From NCBI GenBank assembly GCA_964654125.1, contig CAZZGG010000003.1:1-63246 (forward strand): a DNA stretch of 63,246 nucleotides, given 5' to 3'. Positions 43,905-51,459 of this stretch are shown one piece after another. Positions within the stretch are counted from its first letter, which is position 1. Every line of letters starts with the position of its first letter. The notes beneath the pieces are model-generated. The model saw only the letters and a list, made by a program, of their open reading frames with translations, did no database searches and was not told the origin of the DNA. The position numbers and the translations under genes are program-made. The DNA is from an uncultured Oscillospiraceae bacterium (GTDB taxonomy: Bacteria; Bacillota; Clostridia; Saccharofermentanales; UBA5734).

Positions 43905-44139
43905 ATATTTGAAAGTTTCACGCCTGGTCAAGCGGAGGACAGTAGCAAATGAACTCTGTTCTGCCGGCCGGGTCCAGGTCAATGGCAGGACAGCCAAACC
44001 GGGTGCTCTGGTCAAGGTCGGTGATATATTGGAGATCGGTTTTGGCAGCGGTAAGACAATTGTCCGGATCAGCAGTATCAAGACCACAGTCAGAAAGGAA
44101 GAAGCGGCTGATTTATATGAGATCATGCCAACCTCCTAA
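43885..44139 (+). CDS. S4-domain RNA-binding protein (YabO-like)
   Basis: The sequence [33 protein letters not shown] is a typical S4 domain. Overlaps the mazG 3' end. Confidence 0.8.
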   Translation: [84 protein letters not shown]

Positions 44140-44167
44140 TATTACAGGAATATTACATTTTAGTTAA

Positions 44168-44190
44168 ACAGGCCCTTTAGGGCCTGTTTT
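44168..44190 (+). terminator. rho-independent terminator
   Basis: Stem ACAGGCCC/GGGCCTGT with a 4-nt loop, followed by TTTTGTATTTATT. Confidence 0.75.
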
Positions 44191-44278
44191 GTATTTATTC
44201 TGCTTGTAATAGCCGCCTTCATTTCCTACAATGAAAGTAGCAGCTTCGCTTTTTTAAGCAACTAGGAGTAAGATTTTT

Positions 44279-44590
44279 ATGGGCAAGCGGGAACGCCCCG
44301 GCCGGCGGCGTTTGAATAGCGGCAAAATTCTGCTTAAAATCGGCATCGGCATGGCCGTGCTGGTGGCTCTTTCTTCTGCTCTGACGATTTATTTCAAGCA
44401 AGAGCAGCAGATAGCCAGGATTGAGCAGCGTCAATTAGAACTGAGCCGCCAGCTGGCAGAAGCAGCCGCTGATTATGCAGCTTTACAGGAACTGCAGCAG
44501 CTGGCTGGCAGTGATGCCTACATTGAAAAGGTTGCCCGCGACCAGCTGGGTATGGTCAGGCCGGGTGAGCTTGTTTTTCAAGATGAATAG
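44279..44590 (+). CDS. divIC: septum formation initiator (FtsB/DivIC family)
   Basis: One TM segment, a coiled coil, and the C-terminal motif YIEKVARDQLGMVRPGE. Confidence 0.8.
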   Translation: MGKRERPGRRRLNSGKILLKIGIGMAVLVALSSALTIYFKQEQQIARIEQRQLELSRQLAEAAADYAALQELQQLAGSDAYIEKVARDQLGMVRPGELVFQDE

Positions 44591-44742
44591 TTTTAGCCCC
44601 ATTCATTTTGCGGGCAGCATTTTGCCGGATAGTTGACATTAATCTTATTTAAGATGATCATTTAAACTATCTTTAGCAATGGGCTGCTTTTTTTTGTCCT
44701 GGTTTAGATCAGAATCTGCAGCCTTATCAAGGAGGAACTATT

Positions 44743-47223
44743 ATGAAAAAAAGCAGAATTGCCAGTATAGCCATACTAGGGATGGCCGTCATTCTGCTGG
44801 TTAATTTTTTGCTGGCCTGTGCTCCGAAAACCACAGCTAGTAGTTTGGTGTCAACCAGCCTGGCTGAGCAGACGAGCCAGACCACTGAGACAAAAAACAT
44901 CCATCAGCTGAGTCCTTTGCTGGTTGCCTATCCAGCTTTGTCTGAACAATTCAGTCCCTTTTATGCCCAAAGCCAAGCCGACAGTGATGTGGTCCAGCTG
45001 GCCTTCACCAGGCTTTTGACCACAGACAGGAAGGGCAAGATTATCCAGCGGGCTATTGCCGGTGAAAGCAGCGATTATGCGGGTGTTTCATACCAGTACA
45101 GGGGCAGCGCCGACATAACAATAAAATATGACGAAGCTGCCGACCAAACCAGCTACACCTGGAAGATTCGTGATGATATCTATTTCAGTAATGGGGAGCT
45201 GATGACAGCTGACGACATTATTTTCAACTACTATGTCTACTGTGATCCTGACTATGACGGCCCCAACCAGCTCAGTACACTGCCCTTGCTGGGCCTGCTG
45301 GATTACCGCACCCAGACAACAGCTGAGGTTTATCAAAAATATCTTGCCTTGTTCAATGACATTTATGGGGCAGGCCCTGCTCATAGCTGGCAGGAAACAG
45401 ATGCCTGGAGCAAGGAACAGCAAGAATCTGTCTGGGCGCTGATTGAAGCAGCCTGGCGTCAGCACAATCAAAAAGTGCTGGCTTACAGCAGCAGTCATTT
45501 GCTGAACCTGGCTGAACAGTTGTCTGGTTTTACTGCAGATGAGATTTTAACCGAGGAGGGCTTGCAGGTCATGGCCAGCATGCTCTTGTGGGAGCTGGCC
45601 GACCTGAATGAGACAGGCGCTTTGCTGGGCAGGGCTTCTGGCCGGCAGTGGGATCTGGCCGCAGGTGTTTATCCGGATCTGGATGATTTTTACAATGAGA
45701 GTTATCTGCTCTATGAAGGTAATCCGGAAGCCTATTTTTATGAGTCCATGCTTGATGATGAAAGTCCGCTCCTCAATCTGGCCCAAGCGGAATTTGTCTC
45801 TTTTTGGGGTGGCAAAGACGATGTGATGGGCGGGCAGGGCATCCCCAATATAGCCGGGATTAAAAAACTCTCAGCCCATGAAGTGGAAGTAACTCTGGCC
45901 GGTTTTGATGCGGCGGCAATCTATCAGCTTGATATCTATGTAGCCCCGCTTTCGCATTATGGTGAGCCGGACAAGTACGATTACGCCAAGAACATGTTTG
46001 GGTTTAGTTTTGGTGACTTGTCCGGGATCAGGGCCAAAACAGCTAGCCCGGTCGGTGCCGGTCCCTACACATTGGTCAAATATGATGACCAGGCAGTTTA
46101 TTTTGAGGCCAACCCGCTCTATTACAAGGGTGAAGCGGCTATCAGCAAGATCCAATTCCAGGAAACTGCTGTCAATCTTGGTGCTGTTGCAGCAGGCAAG
46201 ATTGACCTGCTTGTGCCTGTTTTTAACCAGGCTTTAGTTGATGATATTAGGGAGATCAATCAAAATGGTCAGTTGGATGGAGATAAGATAGCCACCAGAA
46301 CATTTCCCGACCTTTCTTATCGTTATGTTGGTATTAATGCCAAAAAAGTCAATGTTGCCGGCCAGCCTGGCTCAGAAGCCAGCAAGAATTTGCGGCGCGG
46401 CCTGGCCACAATCCTGGCAGCCTGCCGGGAAGAGGCAATCGAGAGCTTTTATGGTGAGCTGGCCTCAGTACTTGAATATCCAATTTCTGCCAGCTCCTGG
46501 GCAGCTCCGGATCCCGCGGATAAGGGCTACCAGGCTGCTTTTTCAACCACACTTGCTGGCACATCGATCTATCAGCCAGACATGAAAGCAGCAGAAAAAA
46601 AGATTGCCGCCAGCCAGGCTGCGCTGGAATATTTTGTAGCGGCAGGTTACACACTGGACGAAACCGGCAAGAAGCTGGCCACAGCGCCGGAGGGAGCCAA
46701 ATTAACTTATGAGATTATAATTCCAGGTGGTGGCAAGGCAGACCATCCTGCCTATGAACTGGCTGAACAAGCCCAAAAAGCTCTGGCAGACCTGGGCCTG
46801 GAGCTTTCTATCAGTGATCCGACCGACATAAATGAAATGTGGGATGCACTTGATGCCGGAACCCAGGAGCTTTGGAGTGCAGGCTGGAAAGCCACACAAG
46901 ACCCGGACCTGTTTCAAGTCTACCACTCCAGTAATATTGTCGGCCTGGCCAATTCATCTTCGGCCAACTCCTACAACATCGTTGACAATGAACTTGATGA
47001 TCTGATCATGCAGGCAAGAGCGAGCAGTGACCAAAGCTATCGCCAAGCTGCTTACAGGATCTGTCTCGATATAATCATGGACTGGGCTGTTGAGATACCC
47101 TTCGCCCAGCAGAAAAATGCCCTTATTTTCAGCAGTGAGAGGATTGACCAGGAGACGATCACTCCAGATATCACGCCCTACTACAGCTGGATAGCGGAAG
47201 TGGAACAGCTCAGGTATAAGTGA
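44743..47223 (+). CDS. large family-5 (peptide/oligosaccharide) ABC substrate-binding lipoprotein, orphan
   Basis: Lipobox FLLAC. 826 aa. SBP_bac_5-like core (DITIKYDE..., YVYCDPDYDGP, GAGPY...). No transporter genes adjacent. Confidence 0.65.
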   Translation: MKKSRIASIAILGMAVILLVNFLLACAPKTTASSLVSTSLAEQTSQTTETKNIHQLSPLLVAYPALSEQFSPFYAQSQADSDVVQLAFTRLLTTDRKGKIIQRAIAGESSDYAGVSYQYRGSADITIKYDEAADQTSYTWKIRDDIYFSNGELMTADDIIFNYYVYCDPDYDGPNQLSTLPLLGLLDYRTQTTAEVYQKYLALFNDIYGAGPAHSWQETDAWSKEQQESVWALIEAAWRQHNQKVLAYSSSHLLNLAEQLSGFTADEILTEEGLQVMASMLLWELADLNETGALLGRASGRQWDLAAGVYPDLDDFYNESYLLYEGNPEAYFYESMLDDESPLLNLAQAEFVSFWGGKDDVMGGQGIPNIAGIKKLSAHEVEVTLAGFDAAAIYQLDIYVAPLSHYGEPDKYDYAKNMFGFSFGDLSGIRAKTASPVGAGPYTLVKYDDQAVYFEANPLYYKGEAAISKIQFQETAVNLGAVAAGKIDLLVPVFNQALVDDIREINQNGQLDGDKIATRTFPDLSYRYVGINAKKVNVAGQPGSEASKNLRRGLATILAACREEAIESFYGELASVLEYPISASSWAAPDPADKGYQAAFSTTLAGTSIYQPDMKAAEKKIAASQAALEYFVAAGYTLDETGKKLATAPEGAKLTYEIIIPGGGKADHPAYELAEQAQKALADLGLELSISDPTDINEMWDALDAGTQELWSAGWKATQDPDLFQVYHSSNIVGLANSSSANSYNIVDNELDDLIMQARASSDQSYRQAAYRICLDIIMDWAVEIPFAQQKNALIFSSERIDQETITPDITPYYSWIAEVEQLRYK

Positions 47224-47261
47224 GCCTGGCAGTTGCAAGTTTTCAGCTGGCTGGCCGCCTG

Positions 47262-47290
47262 TTGGCAGTCAGCTGGACCTGTGCTATAAT
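47262..47290 (+). promoter_or_regulatory. SigA-type promoter of the SRP RNA gene
   Basis: TTGGCA (47262-47267), 17 nt, then TATAAT (47285-47290). Confidence 0.7.
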
Positions 47291-47296
47291 GTCAAA

Positions 47297-47468
47297 AGCA
47301 AGAACATTGTGCGACTAGCGCCGTGTCTTGTCTGCAGCCGATCGTTGGTCCTGTGCGATGCGGCCCGTGAACCCCGTCAGGTCCGGAAGGAAGCAGCGGT
47401 AAGCGGTCACCCGCAGGTGCCGCAGAAAAACCTGCGCCGGTTGCAGACCAGGCACGGCGACTTTTTTT
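47297..47468 (+). ncRNA. ffs: signal recognition particle RNA (4.5S/scRNA); ends approximate
   Basis: 47377-47396 reads CAGGTCCGGAAGGAAGCAGC, identical to the domain IV core of E. coli 4.5S RNA. The 5' segment CGCCGTG...TCTGCA pairs with the 3' segment TGCAGA...CACGGCG. Ends in a T7 tract. Located directly upstream of dnaX, as in Bacillus. Confidence 0.85.
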
Positions 47469-47494
47469 GCCTTATTAAGACAGGAGGACAAACT

Positions 47495-49240
47495 ATGTCA
47501 CACCTGGCACTATATAGGGAATGGCGCCCGCAGATTTTTGATGAAGTGGTCGAACAAAAGCAAGTTGTCCACGCGCTGCGCCAATCGGTGATTAGCGGCC
47601 AGATCAATCATGCTTATTTATTCAGCGGGACGCGTGGCACTGGCAAGACCACCCTGGCTAAGATATTTGCCAGGGCGATCAACTGTCTGGAACCCCGCCA
47701 TGGTAACCCCTGCAATGAATGTCAGATCTGCCGGGCTGCTCTGGATGGATCTTTACTTGATATTGTGGAAATGGACGCCGCTTCCAATAACAGTGTTGAC
47801 AATATCCGCCGGGTTTGTGATGAAGTGGTATTCTTGCCTTCGCAAGCCCGTTACAAAGTTTATATCATTGATGAAGTCCATATGCTCTCTACAGGAGCTT
47901 TTAATGCGCTTTTAAAAACCTTGGAAGAACCACCAGCCCATGCTGTATTTATCCTGGCCACGACGGAGGCACACCGCATACCGGCTACTATTATATCCCG
48001 CTGCCAGCGTTATGAATTCAGACGTATTCCGCAAGAGAGCATGGTTGCTCAGCTGGAAAAGATTGCCCGTCAAGACGACATAAGTATCACACCGGAAGCT
48101 CTGACCACCATTGCTGCACTGGCTGATGGCGCCCTGCGTGATGCAATCAGCATCCTGGACCAGGCCCGTGCTGCTTTTACGGGGCCTGTTTCACACGATG
48201 ATGTCCTCAGTCTGGTGGGAGTGGTCAAGGACCAGTTTTTGCAAGAGGTTACAACAGCCATCCTGGAGATTGATGTTGCCAGGACCCTTTTACTGGTTGA
48301 ACAGCTGGTTATGAGCGGACGCGATATAGGTCGTTTTGTGACAGACCTGGCCCAGCATCTACGCGATATTCTAGTCTGTCAGATGACTGATGATGACAGG
48401 CTCCTGGTCCGGGTGAACAGCCAGGCCCTGCTTGAGATGAAAAGCCTGGCTGAGCGTATCCCGTCCAGCCGCCTGATTGAATTGATCCGCAGCCTGTCTG
48501 CCTTACTGTCTGATTTGCGCTATGCTTCTGATGCCAGGACCACTTTGGAGATAGCCCTGATCCGCCTGATGGGGGCTGAGCAAATAAAAGAGTTGCCCCG
48601 TCGGGAAAAAACAAAAACTCAGCTTAAAAGCGCAACAAAAGAAGTAACTACAGCTGCCCTGCCAGTTGAGCTGCAGGAAAAGGCTGTCCAGCCGGAGCCA
48701 AAGCAAAAAGAGCCTGGACCGCAAGCACCCATGCCGGAAACACAAGCTGCTCCCCAGGCAAGGCCAGCAGCGCCTTTGCCGGAACCGCCTTTGCCGGAGC
48801 CGCCCCCAGAAGAAACTGATTGGACAGCTGACCTGCCTTTGGAAAATCCAGCTGCCAGTCCTGTCAAGCAACAGGCAGCTGAACCCGCAAAGGAGCAGTT
48901 GGAGCTTTGGGCCAAGACCCTGGCTGCGCTTGAAGCAGATGGCCAGATGACCTTATACCTTTTTGCCCGCCAGGCCAGGGCCCAGTTGCAGGGCGATACT
49001 CTAAAACTGATTTTTGCTGAAAAAGATCAGGTGAATTACCAGGAAATCAGTCAGCCGGAGGCTAAACGTACTATCCAGGCCCAGGCCCGCCGGCTAGCAG
49101 GGCGGGAACTGACACTGGTAACAGAGCTGTTGACTAATGCTAACCAGCCGGAGATAGAAGAGGACCAGCCCAGCAGTTGGGTGGATAAGGTGCGCCAGGT
49201 TGCTGCTGAGTTGGACATACCCTTCCGGGAGCAGCAATAA
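47495..49240 (+). CDS. dnaX: DNA polymerase III subunit gamma/tau
   Basis: ATG 47495 lies behind AGGAGG. YREWRPQ, Walker A GTRGTGKTT, a Zn module C-x-C...C-x-x-C, DEVHML, a sensor motif, and a Pro-rich linker. Confidence 0.9.
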   Translation: MSHLALYREWRPQIFDEVVEQKQVVHALRQSVISGQINHAYLFSGTRGTGKTTLAKIFARAINCLEPRHGNPCNECQICRAALDGSLLDIVEMDAASNNSVDNIRRVCDEVVFLPSQARYKVYIIDEVHMLSTGAFNALLKTLEEPPAHAVFILATTEAHRIPATIISRCQRYEFRRIPQESMVAQLEKIARQDDISITPEALTTIAALADGALRDAISILDQARAAFTGPVSHDDVLSLVGVVKDQFLQEVTTAILEIDVARTLLLVEQLVMSGRDIGRFVTDLAQHLRDILVCQMTDDDRLLVRVNSQALLEMKSLAERIPSSRLIELIRSLSALLSDLRYASDARTTLEIALIRLMGAEQIKELPRREKTKTQLKSATKEVTTAALPVELQEKAVQPEPKQKEPGPQAPMPETQAAPQARPAAPLPEPPLPEPPPEETDWTADLPLENPAASPVKQQAAEPAKEQLELWAKTLAALEADGQMTLYLFARQARAQLQGDTLKLIFAEKDQVNYQEISQPEAKRTIQAQARRLAGRELTLVTELLTNANQPEIEEDQPSSWVDKVRQVAAELDIPFREQQ

Positions 49241-49846
49241 ATGGCCAGATATGCACCGTCGATCGGTAAATTAATAACTGAACTGGGCAAACTGCCGGGT
49301 ATTGGCAATAAATCAGCCCAACGCTTAGCCTTTTACTTGCTGGGCCAGCCGCCGGAACAAGCTCGTGCCCTGGCCCAGTCCATCTTGGCAGCCCGCGAGT
49401 CGATCAGGCTGTGCTCAACCTGCTGTAATCTAACTGAACAGGATCCCTGCCAGATCTGCTCTGATGCTAAACGCGACCGGACAGTGATTTGTGTGGTTGA
49501 GAATCCGCGCGATGTGGCAGCGATTGAAAGAATGCATGAATATAAGGGTTTGTACCATGTGCTGCACGGTTCCATCTCCCCTATGCAGGGTGTCGGTCCC
49601 GACCAGATCAGGCTGCGCGAATTGCTCAGCCGCCTGCGTGAAAATGACGCTGTCTCCGAACTGATCCTGGCTACTAACCCGACTGTTGAAGGAGAGGCCA
49701 CAGCCTTGTACATTGCCAGGCTGCTCCAGCCAGCCGGTATCTTGACCACCAGGATTGCCCATGGCTTGCCCATGGGAGGCGACCTGGAATATGCCGACGA
49801 TGTCACACTGGCCAAGGCCCTGGAAGGCCGCCGTAAGATCAATTAA
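49241..49846 (+). CDS. recR: recombination protein RecR
   Basis: HhH motif [15 protein letters not shown], a C4 zinc finger, and a Toprim domain. Starts on the nucleotide after the dnaX stop. Confidence 0.9.
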   Translation: MARYAPSIGKLITELGKLPGIGNKSAQRLAFYLLGQPPEQARALAQSILAARESIRLCSTCCNLTEQDPCQICSDAKRDRTVICVVENPRDVAAIERMHEYKGLYHVLHGSISPMQGVGPDQIRLRELLSRLRENDAVSELILATNPTVEGEATALYIARLLQPAGILTTRIAHGLPMGGDLEYADDVTLAKALEGRRKIN

Positions 49847-49860
49847 GAGGATAGTGAATT

Positions 49861-50331
49861 ATGACTTCTGCTCCGCATGTCTACCAGCTGCATGATCCGA
49901 GCGAAAAAGCTAAAGCAGCCAGTCTGGTCCTGGCGGACCTGCCGGAGTGGTTTGGCATTCCCGCCAACACAAATCAGTATGTTGAAGATGCACGGGAACT
50001 GCCCTTTTGGCTGGCAACAGCAGAAAAGGAAACAGTTGCTTTTATTACATTACAAAGTACCAGTGAGGACAGTGCCCAGATCCACTGTATGGGAGTAAAG
50101 AAAGCCTACCAGCGCCAAGGTGTTGGCAGCAGGCTCTACCAGGCCCTGGAAGATTATGCCCGCTCACGCTACAAATACCTGCAGGTCAAGACTGTCGCTG
50201 AGGGCTGTTATCTTGAGTACGATCAGACTGTTGCTTTTTATAGAAAAATGGGTTTTGCCAAGCTGGAGGTTTTTCCCAGCCTTTGGGATGAATGGAACCC
50301 CTGCTTGATCATGGTCAAATATCTCGGTTGA
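49861..50331 (+). CDS. GNAT-family N-acetyltransferase
   Basis: 156 aa with the acetyl-CoA motif YQRQGVGSRLY. Confidence 0.75.
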   Translation: MTSAPHVYQLHDPSEKAKAASLVLADLPEWFGIPANTNQYVEDARELPFWLATAEKETVAFITLQSTSEDSAQIHCMGVKKAYQRQGVGSRLYQALEDYARSRYKYLQVKTVAEGCYLEYDQTVAFYRKMGFAKLEVFPSLWDEWNPCLIMVKYLG

Positions 50332-50341
50332 GTGATGCGTA

Positions 50342-51448
50342 TCAGTACCAGGGCCAGCCGGCAACAGCTTCGTAGAAGATGGCGGCAATATCCGCCTGGA
50401 GCTGGTGGGCTAAGGCAGCATTTCCTGTTTCTGTAGTGACACAGAGGACAAAAGGTTCTTCTGTATAAACAATGCCAACGTCATTTTCTGTGGCATAGGC
50501 TCCGTTGGTGCCGATTTTGTGGGCAACCCTGACCTCGGCTGGGATGCCTTTTTGGATACCAAAGTCAAACTCAGTTTCACATAAAAAATCAATCAGATCA
50601 GCATAAGCTGCCGGTTGCTCCTGGCTTTTTTCATAAAGGTGGGCAGCATGCAGGCCCAGATCCTGGGCACAGGTTCTGTGGCGGCCGTTTTGGCTCTGGC
50701 CGCCATAGTTCAAGTAGCTGATTTTTTCTCTGTAATCGACGATCCCACTGATGCTTTTCAGCCAGGGGTTGATAGTGTCTATACCGCCTAAGCGGCGGAT
50801 GATCATGTTGGTGGCGCAATTGTCTGAGATCTTGATCGCCAAAGCGGCTGTTTCACTGACAGTGAACTTGCTGCCATTGGGCAGGCCCTGGACAGTACCT
50901 GTGCCGGCTTCATAATCACCAGTCGGATAGGGCCTGTTATCATATGCCAAAATCTCGTCAGCCTTGATCTGGCCGGCGGCAATTTGCTCATAGAGGTAGC
51001 TGGTGATGCCCAGTTTGATTGAGCTGGCGGCCACAAAGGGTTCTTGTTCCTGATAAGTCCACCTTTCACCACCGATCAGGTTCTGGTAATAAACAGCATA
51101 ACGGCCCGGGGCTGCTTCTGCCAGCCGGGCTTTGACCTTTTCACCGGCCAGCGTCAAGCTTGCTTGACGGGCGGACTGGTCAAGGGTGGTTCTTGTCGTT
51201 GTTGTCGCTGCGCTTGTGCTGGTGACTAGCGGTTGGCTGCCTAGCAGTTGACTGCTTGTTGCAACTTGGTTTGTCGTGGCCGTTGACAGAAGTGGAGGCT
51301 GGGTCTGGACCGGTCGATCCGGCTCAGTCCGGAAGACATAGACCAAACCGGCAATGACCAGTAGCAGGATAAAAAGCAAGGCTGCCAGACCGACGTTGCT
51401 GGTTTTATTCCCCGGCCTGCGCCTGGCTGGATAAGGCTTTTTCTTCAT
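50342..51448 (-). CDS. membrane-anchored class A beta-lactamase-like serine hydrolase
   Basis: N-terminal TM anchor, a Ser/Thr-rich linker, then S-S-I-K (SxxK), SDN and HKIGTNG (KxG) motifs. Confidence 0.7.
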   Translation of the reverse strand: MKKKPYPARRRPGNKTSNVGLAALLFILLLVIAGLVYVFRTEPDRPVQTQPPLLSTATTNQVATSSQLLGSQPLVTSTSAATTTTRTTLDQSARQASLTLAGEKVKARLAEAAPGRYAVYYQNLIGGERWTYQEQEPFVAASSIKLGITSYLYEQIAAGQIKADEILAYDNRPYPTGDYEAGTGTVQGLPNGSKFTVSETAALAIKISDNCATNMIIRRLGGIDTINPWLKSISGIVDYREKISYLNYGGQSQNGRHRTCAQDLGLHAAHLYEKSQEQPAAYADLIDFLCETEFDFGIQKGIPAEVRVAHKIGTNGAYATENDVGIVYTEEPFVLCVTTETGNAALAHQLQADIAAIFYEAVAGWPWY

Positions 51449-51459
51449 TGTCCCTCCGC

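Noticed and set aside
43368-44126. A 252-aa minus-strand ORF antisense to mazG and the S4 gene.
   Set aside because: It is a shadow ORF opposite two family-matching genes, with no recognisable domain.
47309-47494. The ORF track extends dnaX 62 codons upstream from a GTG.
   Set aside because: The extension lies over the SRP RNA gene and its T-tract. ATG 47495 has an AGGAGG RBS, and the conserved DnaX N-terminus (YREWRPQ) starts right after it.
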